From IMG/VR virus record IMGVR_UViG_3300030060_008003, positions 27,502 through 91,501 of that record: DNA of 64,000 bases; one strand, 5' to 3'. The notes under the pieces are model-generated. The model ran no database searches. It was not told the DNA's origin and saw only the letters and a list, made by a program, of their open reading frames with translations. The position numbers and the translations under genes are program-made. The DNA is from a virus. Of this stretch, positions 9,748 through 19,298 are shown piece by piece; position 1 is the first letter of the stretch, and each line of letters opens with the position of its first letter.

Positions 9748-9960
9748 TCATTCCTTTATAAAAGTACAGGTTAGAGATTTTGTTTTTTTGATTTGTGTTT
9801 TAAACACTAACATGTAACCTAACTTTGATAACTCTAAATGTACCGTTTTAAAGTGTTCGAATGGTATATTGACAAGGATACTTTCAAACTCGTTATCATA
9901 TATAACGTAGTCGGAAAATTCTTCACAGAGTGCATTAGCTCTGCAAACACTTGTATTCAT
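9748..9960 (-). CDS. hypothetical protein
   Basis: 70-aa ORF with TAAATA 5 nt upstream of the ATG. Confidence 0.65.
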   Translation of the reverse strand: MNTSVCRANALCEEFSDYVIYDNEFESILVNIPFEHFKTVHLELSKLGYMLVFKTQIKKTKSLTCTFIKE

Positions 9961-9968
9961 ACAAGTAT

Positions 9969-10136
9969 TTATTCATCATCAAAGACTTGAAGAATTTTAT
10001 CTATCTTTTCAATTAAAATATTCGTATCAGCATGTAGCTGACTTTCACTATATTTAAAGCTAGTGTTATTAGATAAAATTTCTTTTAGAGTTACAAAATC
10101 TTCAAAATTAAGACCTTCAACTATAACTTCTTCCAT
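9969..10136 (-). CDS. small hypothetical protein (55 aa), not in the ORF track
   Basis: manual translation MEEVIVEGLNFEDFVTLKEILSNN...KILQVFDDE*; fills the gap between neighbours. Confidence 0.65.
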   Translation of the reverse strand: MEEVIVEGLNFEDFVTLKEILSNNTSFKYSESQLHADTNILIEKIDKILQVFDDE

Positions 10137-10168
10137 ATTGTAGTTATATTCTCTACGCTATAAAGCAA

Positions 10169-11830
10169 CTAGTTCCACTCAAACACAACAACACCAGTTG
10201 CAACAGGAGCACTTGCGGGCCCATCAGCATGTGACCCTCCACCCCCGCCATATGCAGGCGAGTGTCCATAAAATCCAGCTCCACCAACATCTTCTTCATC
10301 TCCACCATCGTCTGTATCGATAAATCCAACCCCACCTAAAATCTTTAATGTACCTGTCGGTAAATATACACTTTCAGCAATTGTTGGAGACGCAGCGTCT
10401 ATTAAACCAAACGCGCCACCTGGCGCTGTAACTATTGGATTATTACCATCTGCTTTAGGTTCATATATGTAACTAGTTTGTCCGCTAGTGTTTCCAACCG
10501 GAGCTGCTCCAACAACAACGGGGAATTCTTTTCCAGGAGCCGCTGAAAGATACCCGATAGCTGTAGCGCCAGCATTACCCGATGTCTTATCACCGGGAGA
10601 TCCTGACCCGGTTACATAAAACTTAACATAAGATACACCACCTGGCATTTTAAAGGTATGTTCTATACCTGGTGTGTCAAAAACCTGTATACCTGGCTGT
10701 GGTCTTGTTATTTTTACCGTACCACTAAGCGGATTAAAAGACGTATCTGTTACATTTTGTGTAACACCTGATCCAGATGTTATAGTAGCAGAAAGATTTT
10801 TACCAATTGTATATGCTGGACTAGTTACACCACCAAAAGCTTTGATAATAAAATTCATACCAACAGCAGAAAGTGTTGTCTTTCGAGCTGATAAACCTGC
10901 TCCACGTGCTGGAAATTGACCACCGAGACTATTTGTTGTTGAATCAAAGCCGTGTATAAATGTAGAACTTAAATTTGGAACATTGAAAGTATTATCTGCA
11001 AAATTACGCCCATATTGTCCATTAAGAGCAGTAAGAAGCTCAGAATATGTTACAGCATTAACAGCTTGCCCGTTACAGTTCAACCAACCATGCGGTGCAC
11101 TAGTTAATGGACCGGCATATGTCTGAATAGAACCAACAGGAATTAAAGCTGCTGTGGTTGGTGCAACAGCTGTAAGGACTTCTTTTGGTACTTTCCAAGT
11201 AAGTTGAGATCCACCGCCGCTATCTATTGCATCATAAGCTAGGAAATCTTCTTGTTGCGGTGACCCAGCTGGAAAAGTATAATTAACTGCACCTACGCGT
11301 AATTTAGATGGTAGTGTAAGATAATCAGTTAAACCAGTGCTATTTTGTGTAATTTTATCGATACTAATTGTAGCACTTAATGCTAGTTTTTCAGAACCAT
11401 CAATAGTTAATGAGTTGCCTATTGCATTTAAAGAAAAATTACCTGCAGATAATGTTCCAACTGATATTCTATTATTAGCATCAATAGTTATTGTTTTATT
11501 ATATGCGCTTAAGTAAGTTGCAACAGTTACCCAATCCGCCCCTACGCTTCCTGTACCTTTAGTTAAAACTTTAAAACATCTGTTATCTGTATCATACGCA
11601 TAATCACCACTAGCCACAGGCGCGAGCGATGTTAAGTCCGCTGCCTCACCTGCCCATTTGTTACCAACTATAACACCACCTACTGTTGTACCATCACCAA
11701 TATACAACCTTTTTGTATCAGTGGCATACCCTAGTTCTCCAGTTTCTAATGTTATTTGCTGTCGATCATGATTTGTCCCTCTTCTAACAAGAAGTTTTAA
11801 TAATGTGTTTTCTAAAATTTGTATGGACAT
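10169..11830 (-). CDS. tail fibre protein (Mtd-N-like anchor plus tail collar domain)
   Basis: LLVRRGT...GELGYATDTKRLYIGDG; PVGSIQTYAG...GWLNCNGQ...FNVPNL collar; Gly-rich C-terminus. Confidence 0.85.
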   Translation of the reverse strand: MSIQILENTLLKLLVRRGTNHDRQQITLETGELGYATDTKRLYIGDGTTVGGVIVGNKWAGEAADLTSLAPVASGDYAYDTDNRCFKVLTKGTGSVGADWVTVATYLSAYNKTITIDANNRISVGTLSAGNFSLNAIGNSLTIDGSEKLALSATISIDKITQNSTGLTDYLTLPSKLRVGAVNYTFPAGSPQQEDFLAYDAIDSGGGSQLTWKVPKEVLTAVAPTTAALIPVGSIQTYAGPLTSAPHGWLNCNGQAVNAVTYSELLTALNGQYGRNFADNTFNVPNLSSTFIHGFDSTTNSLGGQFPARGAGLSARKTTLSAVGMNFIIKAFGGVTSPAYTIGKNLSATITSGSGVTQNVTDTSFNPLSGTVKITRPQPGIQVFDTPGIEHTFKMPGGVSYVKFYVTGSGSPGDKTSGNAGATAIGYLSAAPGKEFPVVVGAAPVGNTSGQTSYIYEPKADGNNPIVTAPGGAFGLIDAASPTIAESVYLPTGTLKILGGVGFIDTDDGGDEEDVGGAGFYGHSPAYGGGGGSHADGPASAPVATGVVVFEWN

Positions 11831-11842
11831 ATGTTAAAATAT

Positions 11843-13405
11843 TTAGTAGCTATAAACCGGTATTGCAAATCTATCAAATGTTTCATTACTAGCACTATTA
11901 CGTACATTACCAGATAACGCCATAGTAATAAATCCTGCTGAACTTAAACTAAGCACTTGACCGCCTGAGTTAAGGCCGTTACATACTTGCTGTGCATATT
12001 TACCTAAAAATCCTTGACTTACTTGATTTGGCGCGCCATTGAAGATATTTAAAACAGGATCTTCAGCATACTTAATAATAAAGTTAACACCAAATGCGCT
12101 AAGAGTATTGTAAGGAGGCTTTTTATCAGGTCCGGAGACAGCACCATCTGTAGCACTCAAGAATAATGTTCTTGTACTCGCAGTAATGGCTCCTTCAGAG
12201 CCATATAGCATAACATCGCCACCGGTTAAACTCGGTACTCTAAAGAGAGACATTCCCGTGCCGCCATATACAGTGCCTATTTTATCAAAAAGCTGTCTAT
12301 ACTCTGTATTAGTAGTTGCATCATATGCATGACCATCACATAATAGATAACCTGCAGGAGGGCTGCTAAACGCTTGCGCATGCGGTAAAATAGAACCAAT
12401 AGGTACACCATCACCAGCTCCAGCGCCTGATAAGCCAGTAGCTGTTACAACATCAAATATAGAGCTTTGTACGTCTGTAACTAAACCTTTTTCTACATTT
12501 ACATAAGGCAGCTCTTGAAATGCTGAAGTAGATCCATTTAATGATACAACCCCGTTATCATTTATTAAGAGTTCACCGTCTACAGATTGCAATGTTGTTT
12601 CGAGTCTATTAGATGCCGTGTTTACGGTTAATCCACCACCCAATCTACCCTCTGTAGTGGATGTTCCATCACCCGGTCCAGCCCATGTAGATATAGGAAA
12701 TGATAATGATCCGACACTCTTAAGTTCTAATTTATTATTAGCATCAAACTTAAATTGATCCTCATTAACACTAAGAGCTAGCTCTTCACCGTTACCTCCC
12801 TTTAAACCGCTTGCTGATGGAAATAAAGCTTTTATTTCTCGTTTTGTTATAGAGTTTTGCTTTGGGGTTAATCGACCTGTAGTGCCGGTTGCACTAGATA
12901 ATTCTATATAGTCTGTATTAAATGCTACACTTGCTTCTCCAGCCGTAGTGTTTGATGATAATAAACCAGCTCCAAAAAATGTTGTACCTATATTTTGTGA
13001 ATCTAAACCTTGTTTTTTAACAGAAAGCTTATTATTACTATCAAACTCGATAGATGTATCATTAGGTACACTACCAATATATGCCCACCCTGATAAAGCA
13101 TTAGTATATGCTTTACCAGTTGAACTAGCCCCAGTTAAAATATACAAGCGACTATCTGCATACCCTATATCACCGACTTGAAGATGAGGAGATTCGCCAG
13201 CAGCTGGTCCTAAACTAGCAACTGTTGCAAAAGGACCTACTGCTTTATTACCAGCAACAGTCCCGCCGTAAGTTGCTCCATCACCAACAAATAATCTCTT
13301 AGAATCAAGAGTGTAACCAACCTCCCCTTGATCTAATACAATGTCCTGGCGCTGACTATCAGTACCTCTTCTAACTTTTAATTTTACTATAGTAATATTT
13401 GCCAT
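11843..13405 (-). CDS. tail fibre protein (Mtd-N-like anchor plus tail collar domain), paralog of the previous gene
   Basis: LKVRRGT...GEVGYTLDSKRLFVGDG; PIGSILPHA...GYLLCDG...FRVPSL. Confidence 0.85.
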   Translation of the reverse strand: MANITIVKLKVRRGTDSQRQDIVLDQGEVGYTLDSKRLFVGDGATYGGTVAGNKAVGPFATVASLGPAAGESPHLQVGDIGYADSRLYILTGASSTGKAYTNALSGWAYIGSVPNDTSIEFDSNNKLSVKKQGLDSQNIGTTFFGAGLLSSNTTAGEASVAFNTDYIELSSATGTTGRLTPKQNSITKREIKALFPSASGLKGGNGEELALSVNEDQFKFDANNKLELKSVGSLSFPISTWAGPGDGTSTTEGRLGGGLTVNTASNRLETTLQSVDGELLINDNGVVSLNGSTSAFQELPYVNVEKGLVTDVQSSIFDVVTATGLSGAGAGDGVPIGSILPHAQAFSSPPAGYLLCDGHAYDATTNTEYRQLFDKIGTVYGGTGMSLFRVPSLTGGDVMLYGSEGAITASTRTLFLSATDGAVSGPDKKPPYNTLSAFGVNFIIKYAEDPVLNIFNGAPNQVSQGFLGKYAQQVCNGLNSGGQVLSLSSAGFITMALSGNVRNSASNETFDRFAIPVYSY

Positions 13406-13411
13406 GATTTT

Positions 13412-14491
13412 TTATGCTATTCTTCTCCATACATATGCACCGTATGATGGAGGAATGTTATTATGTTTTTTACCTTCACCTACAGACGTAGATTGTCTAA
13501 TGCTCTCAGATCCTTCATTAAAATTAACTTGCTGATTATCTCTTGTTACAACACTTGCACGGTTAGCATTATTAGCTAGCTCTCCAGCTTGTGCTGACCC
13601 TACATCTACAGCTCCTTTCTCAATACACCAGGCATATGCATTAAAGTCCCACTGCGATCCATTACCTAAAGGCGATTTACTCGCTACAAATCGCGTTTCA
13701 CCATTCCATAGTCCGATTACTTCTTTATATTGAAACTGTGTATTATTTAGATATCTACTTCTTGTATCCGGGTCATAGTTTGCAGCAGAACCTAATTGAA
13801 AGTTAAGATCAAGAGATCTTCTTACAATATCTTGTGGATCATTATTATTTGCTGTTCTGTTTCCAAACTGATTATTCCAATTCCACCCACTCGCTGCTCC
13901 TAACGCGTTTCTTGACCGTTGCTGCTCTTGCCATGCTTGTGTTGAATTCGTTACACCTACCCCTGTTGCAACAAAGGGCTGGCCATTAGCAACACTTGTA
14001 CCGGTAGATACAAATACGTCATTAGAACCAACATTAGTTGTATGTGTATGAGCTGGCATGTTACCAACATTAAGCTCTGTCATATATTCACCTGCTCTGT
14101 TACCAGACTCAGGAGGTAAGCCATCTTCACAAAATTTTCTATAATCGGTGTTTTTATCTGTATGACCACCAACACCCACTAAAAACCTTCCTTCTGCAGC
14201 TATCTCCCAAGTAGTTCCAGCTATTCTTGTTTGAGGGTTTATATTATCAAGAGTTAATTGGAGACAACCAACAGGGAAAAACGCATCTAACCATTCTGTT
14301 GGTTCAGATAAAGGTCCTTTAGGGTATATATAATTATTAATTATAACTCTATCACCGCTTAGTGCCAATCCAGTAGAGTTGCCGGCACCATCAAAAACTT
14401 TATTTAAAGTATCCCCTAACTCCGCACCACTTAAATGAAGCAAAGAAGTGTAAAAATCAGATATAAATTGATCTGTTAAACTTTCTGGCAT
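13412..14491 (-). CDS. baseplate/fibre protein with a gp10-C-terminal-like domain
   Basis: FFPVGCL...GTTWE..GRFLVGVG...NMPAHTH...HNNIPPSYGAYVWRRIA. Confidence 0.75.
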   Translation of the reverse strand: MPESLTDQFISDFYTSLLHLSGAELGDTLNKVFDGAGNSTGLALSGDRVIINNYIYPKGPLSEPTEWLDAFFPVGCLQLTLDNINPQTRIAGTTWEIAAEGRFLVGVGGHTDKNTDYRKFCEDGLPPESGNRAGEYMTELNVGNMPAHTHTTNVGSNDVFVSTGTSVANGQPFVATGVGVTNSTQAWQEQQRSRNALGAASGWNWNNQFGNRTANNNDPQDIVRRSLDLNFQLGSAANYDPDTRSRYLNNTQFQYKEVIGLWNGETRFVASKSPLGNGSQWDFNAYAWCIEKGAVDVGSAQAGELANNANRASVVTRDNQQVNFNEGSESIRQSTSVGEGKKHNNIPPSYGAYVWRRIA

Positions 14492-14523
14492 ACTACTATT
14501 ATTTATGTCACAATTTGAAAATA

Positions 14524-17313
14524 CTATCTAATGTTGACATTTCCTTGAGTTTCACCATATACTAAACCACCTATTATATTAACAGTACCAGCCGTAGCTT
14601 TTACTGTAAGTCCACCATTTCCAGGTTTTCTTGGATTAGTAGAAGCCCATGACTGGCCTCCAGCTGCTCCCCAGCCACCGCCACCTGCACTAACATATTC
14701 AGTCCATCGCGCCGCCCAAAGATCTTGCCCACCTATTCTACGAACTGGTGCAATCTCATATACACCAGGTTGATTAGTACTACCACCACGTACTAAAGCA
14801 GATCTATGGTTATAACCATCCCAACCGGTTGGTGATAGATATGAAAATCCATTATAATCTAAAGTTATTGTAGTACCAAACTCTGTATGAGATCCCCTAC
14901 CTGGTTTATTTACACCAGCTACAATATAAGGAAGTCCAGGTGTACTATTATTAACCTGATCTGCTCTCCAGTGAGGACCTACTGCCCAGCTTCGACCAGC
15001 ACCAAAACCTCTTGCTTGTCTTAACGTATAACCAGAGTTCCAACCACGGTATGGTTGACTTCTATTATAAGCTGTTACATATGTTTCAATTACTTTATCT
15101 CTTGATCTACCTGGCCTAGGTATTACCTGTACATTAACTGATCCGTTATTACGCGGTGCTGTATTACTCCACTCCGGGCCATCAGTTTTTAAGTTACCAT
15201 CAGCATCTATAGCACCGAAACGTGCTCCAGGAATACCACCTGTCCCGCCACCATAAGCAGTAGCTGTTAGTATACGGCCACCTCCACCACCAGTCCCTTG
15301 ATCATCGTAGCCTTTTCTTCTTCTTCCATGAGCACCGCTCCCTCCGGCTTGTCCACCTACACCTGGTAATGCAGGCCACAATGGTCCCCAGCCAATTGTT
15401 ACAATATCACCTCTAGATTTAAATAATTGTAATGAATACTGACTAGTAAACTTATTATACCACCGACCGTTACTGCCAAGTTCACCAGGCGCGCCACCTG
15501 CTCCCCCAGCAGCAGTAGTTTTCCATAAATCATTCCTTGCACCTCTTACTGTAGATATATCTACTAGACCGCCATCTCCATCACCGAAATCCCACCCGGG
15601 GTATTGAAATATTGTAGACGTACCGCCCCAACCACCACCGGCACCACCACCGCCTCCTGATTCCCCTTCTAGAGAAGCAGAACCACCTCCACCTCCACCA
15701 CCGATACCACCAGCAGTATTATCGATAGTAATTTCAGAGTTTCCAATAACATGTATAGCATCTCCACCATCTTGCGCGTCAGAATAAAAACTACCGCCGT
15801 TACCGCCTCTACCCATAATAAATCCCTTGTTTATTAAGGTTAAACCACCAGGAAAATCATCTATGACCATTGCAGGAACTTTATCATTATTTGGATCATC
15901 AGAGTAAATGTAAACGCCATTATCAATAATAATTCGACAAGCAGCTTGCCCGTTCCATCCATTATCTACTGCCCATTGATTTAAATTAAATACGTTATTT
16001 TTAGTTGATATTTGATTACGATCAATGATAAACTCAAATGGTAAGTTTTCTCTTGGTCGTTCAGCTGGTGGTATATTATCAACAGAATCAAGAGGTACAC
16101 GTCTCCAGAAATATACTGGGTAATTAGGTGGTATATTATTATGTCCTATACACTGACCTGTTGTTGTAGATTCAACAACTCTCGAACCTGGAACTAATCC
16201 ATAATATAAATTTTCACCAAAACGTGCTTGCTCCGGTAATTCGTTTAACTCTATCAACCTATTAACACCCGCTAACGCTTTTTGTGCTTCTTTTACCCCG
16301 AGAACACCGATGATAAAATCACGTGCTTTAAGTAAATCTGCATCCGTAAACCTACCTGGATGCACTCTACTCTGTGTACGAGGATCAAATATAGGTCTAG
16401 CAATAAAATACTCTGTACCTTGAAATGTCCATCTCACACCAATTGGTCTTGGACTATTGCCAATAAATTTACCTGTTGTATTTAACATACCACCCCAACC
16501 AGGACCACCAGCAGATGGTTGCGCCCAGCCTCTCAGTGATTGATTTGAATATTGTGGATCAAAATCTGCATCAGTATATGTTCTACCCTGCTCATGACGA
16601 GCTTTAATTAAATAATCACGGTAATTTAATTGATCGTTGTATTCGGTATTATTTTGAAATGCTACAATAGCATCACTATCTAGATAACGCTCATCCTCAC
16701 CAGTTAATTGTTTCGGGTTAATAGTATCTCCGAAGTAATGTATAAAACCAACATTTGTACCTTCACCTTGTTTACCAGCTGGAACTATCTCTGTCCTAGT
16801 ATTAGTTGTGTGGGTATGGTTTGGTAGATCTTCTAATAATATAGGGGCTCTATACTCACCAGCTATATCACCCTGTTGAAGATTATTACCATTTCTTTGT
16901 CTACTACCGCCCGCTGTAAAAGTAAAAGTATCGTTATTTTTATCTGTATACGTTCCAGCACCAACTGCAAATAGCCCTTCTGATTGTAAAATCCATCTTG
17001 TACCCATTATTCTAGATCCTGGGTTTACAAAATCTGTTGTCATTATTATAACATTAATAGGGAAAAAAGCATCTAACCATTCTTTTTGATATGACCATCC
17101 TATAGGCTCCACAAAGCTATTAATTATAAATCTGTTGTCAGCTGAACTTAGAGATATACCGGTTACATTTCCCACCCCGTCGTACACTTTTGCTACCCCA
17201 GCTGGGTGTTCTCCAGCATCACGTCTATCCCAAGAAGCAATACTACCACCGCTTATATGTAATAAAGATGTGTATTGATCTGATATACGTTGTTGTGAAA
17301 GGCTTTCTGGCAT
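14524..17313 (-). CDS. fibre/adhesin: gp10-C-like N-terminal half and gp38-like poly-Gly C-terminal half
   Basis: N-terminus paralogous to 13412..14491; LINKGFIMGRGGNGG...GGDAI...GGIGGGGGGG blocks resemble T-even gp38. Confidence 0.7.
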   Translation of the reverse strand: MPESLSQQRISDQYTSLLHISGGSIASWDRRDAGEHPAGVAKVYDGVGNVTGISLSSADNRFIINSFVEPIGWSYQKEWLDAFFPINVIIMTTDFVNPGSRIMGTRWILQSEGLFAVGAGTYTDKNNDTFTFTAGGSRQRNGNNLQQGDIAGEYRAPILLEDLPNHTHTTNTRTEIVPAGKQGEGTNVGFIHYFGDTINPKQLTGEDERYLDSDAIVAFQNNTEYNDQLNYRDYLIKARHEQGRTYTDADFDPQYSNQSLRGWAQPSAGGPGWGGMLNTTGKFIGNSPRPIGVRWTFQGTEYFIARPIFDPRTQSRVHPGRFTDADLLKARDFIIGVLGVKEAQKALAGVNRLIELNELPEQARFGENLYYGLVPGSRVVESTTTGQCIGHNNIPPNYPVYFWRRVPLDSVDNIPPAERPRENLPFEFIIDRNQISTKNNVFNLNQWAVDNGWNGQAACRIIIDNGVYIYSDDPNNDKVPAMVIDDFPGGLTLINKGFIMGRGGNGGSFYSDAQDGGDAIHVIGNSEITIDNTAGGIGGGGGGGSASLEGESGGGGGAGGGWGGTSTIFQYPGWDFGDGDGGLVDISTVRGARNDLWKTTAAGGAGGAPGELGSNGRWYNKFTSQYSLQLFKSRGDIVTIGWGPLWPALPGVGGQAGGSGAHGRRRKGYDDQGTGGGGGRILTATAYGGGTGGIPGARFGAIDADGNLKTDGPEWSNTAPRNNGSVNVQVIPRPGRSRDKVIETYVTAYNRSQPYRGWNSGYTLRQARGFGAGRSWAVGPHWRADQVNNSTPGLPYIVAGVNKPGRGSHTEFGTTITLDYNGFSYLSPTGWDGYNHRSALVRGGSTNQPGVYEIAPVRRIGGQDLWAARWTEYVSAGGGGWGAAGGQSWASTNPRKPGNGGLTVKATAGTVNIIGGLVYGETQGNVNIR

Positions 17314-17327
17314 TATGTATATTTATT

Positions 17328-19298
17328 TTAGTAATTAGGAGTACCACTATCAGTACTACCTGGATTTATTTCATCAAATTCTACCCCACCAATAACTATG
17401 TCACCAAAAAAGTCTTCTTCCGGACCTTCTAATAGTTCTGATTTATCTATTATACTATTTAAAACTTGTTGCTGTAATTCAAAAAGTTGGTTAATAACCC
17501 GTGAAACAACATTATAATCAACTGCTTCATTTTCATGGAATTCAATATCTCTAAAATTAATATCTAATCCTTTGTAAGTTATATAATCTCTTAGTATAGG
17601 TATACCGGATGCTACTGTTGCTGCTGGTATGAGGCTGAGACTTAAAAAGATGTTTACTGTGTCTTTAATAATATTTTGTATTTCGCTATTTAATGTGCTT
17701 CCTAAACTCGACTCACAGCTCGTAATTTTTTCATATAAATTTTTAAGATCTAATGGTACGAAGTTTTGATACAATAGATTACTTTCTTTAAACAGATATA
17801 TACGACCGATATTATGTAAAAGGAAAAATAAATCTGTTTCATTTTTAGTTACTATATAGTTTATATAGTTAAAGTAGTTTGATTTAAGTATATTAGAATT
17901 AAACTTCTTTTCAATTAAATTAAAACGTTCCCCAGTATTATTAAAGTACATATCAGGTAGATATTGTAAATTTTCTGGATCTGCAAAGCCAGAAACTTCT
18001 TGTGGATTTGATATAAATCTTGTTGTTATAAAACCTCTATCATTTATTATAAAAACGTTTGAATCGTTTTGCGAGAAAAATATTTCAATATCATCTTCTT
18101 CAACTGCAGTAAATTTATATGTCGGTCTATGTCTAAAAACGTATTTTGGATTTAAACTCGAACTTAAATTAGTTATTTTTTCAGCGTCTAATTGATATAG
18201 GTAAAATACACCTTGACCACTAGTATCTTTTTCACTAACTTCTGGCGACACCTGTCCCGGCTCGGTTAAAATTAAAATAGAATCATCTGAGTCTCTTATA
18301 TCGAAAGAAACTATATCTTCATCTTCTTCAGCTGTAATCGTTGCAATTAATTTATTCGAGTATTTGTTTCTAACAGAAATAGCTATTGTATCAATTCCTT
18401 CCTCTTCATTTATTTCACGGTATCTATAACCCAATAAATTGTTTCCTATTTTAACTGTTTTATCGATTACATCTTCACGTAGAGTTATTTTATCTACAAG
18501 CTTTAACTTTCCGCAAGGGTTAATAAAACTATTGTCGTATAAGTTAAGATCTACTTCTACTGAGCCAGCTGATAAACTGTATAATATATCTGCTGAATTA
18601 TCATACGTAAATCTAGTACCACCTTTGAATAAGGTTTCACCAGTATCCTCGTCAGGTGTAATAGGTACTAAGTTACTGTTTTTAACAAAGCTACCTGAGA
18701 AAGTGTGTGAAGTCGTCGGCGTTGTCGTAAAATAAAAATATGTCTCATCATTATAAACAAATAAAGTACTATCGATAGTGTTATCTAGTACATTAACACC
18801 TTGTACCTTATCGATAAAACTAAATGGATCGATTTGAATAGGAAATTGATTATCTTTAGCTAGTTTTGTATCATCATTACGCGTATCATTTTTACCACTC
18901 GATAATCCTAAAAAGTACGCATTTCCATTTTTTGCAGAGTTTTTGAAGTTAAGCAAATCATTACGCGATGTTATATTTAATGCATATAGATTAAGGTTAT
19001 TTTGATTTAGAAGACCTAAATTTGTATCAATAAAAGATTGATCAATAACACTTCTTGGAGATATAGTAGGTCTTGTTAGTATGTTAGACTCTACTGTTGG
19101 TGTTGTTGTTCTATCGAACTCTAACTTATGTAAAATACTATTTGCAAAAAAAGTATCAGTAGATTGTAAGATTCGTGAAGATTCAGTAAGAGACTTTCCG
19201 GTATAAGCTACACCATCTCTTACGTTAACAAATCCCGTATACGGCGCGCCACTTAAAGTAAAACTACCAGCAGCAGCATATTTAAAGTATTCAATCAT
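17328..19298 (-). CDS. hypothetical virion structural protein
   Basis: 656-aa ORF within the baseplate/fibre operon. Confidence 0.7.
   Translation of the reverse strand: MIEYFKYAAAGSFTLSGAPYTGFVNVRDGVAYTGKSLTESSRILQSTDTFFANSILHKLEFDRTTTPTVESNILTRPTISPRSVIDQSFIDTNLGLLNQNNLNLYALNITSRNDLLNFKNSAKNGNAYFLGLSSGKNDTRNDDTKLAKDNQFPIQIDPFSFIDKVQGVNVLDNTIDSTLFVYNDETYFYFTTTPTTSHTFSGSFVKNSNLVPITPDEDTGETLFKGGTRFTYDNSADILYSLSAGSVEVDLNLYDNSFINPCGKLKLVDKITLREDVIDKTVKIGNNLLGYRYREINEEEGIDTIAISVRNKYSNKLIATITAEEDEDIVSFDIRDSDDSILILTEPGQVSPEVSEKDTSGQGVFYLYQLDAEKITNLSSSLNPKYVFRHRPTYKFTAVEEDDIEIFFSQNDSNVFIINDRGFITTRFISNPQEVSGFADPENLQYLPDMYFNNTGERFNLIEKKFNSNILKSNYFNYINYIVTKNETDLFFLLHNIGRIYLFKESNLLYQNFVPLDLKNLYEKITSCESSLGSTLNSEIQNIIKDTVNIFLSLSLIPAATVASGIPILRDYITYKGLDINFRDIEFHENEAVDYNVVSRVINQLFELQQQVLNSIIDKSELLEGPEEDFFGDIVIGGVEFDEINPGSTDSGTPNY

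Noticed and set aside
10169-13405. Diversity-generating retroelement suggested by the Mtd-N-like domains
   Set aside because: No reverse transcriptase and no template/variable repeat pair seen in the window; Mtd-N is a common fibre anchor
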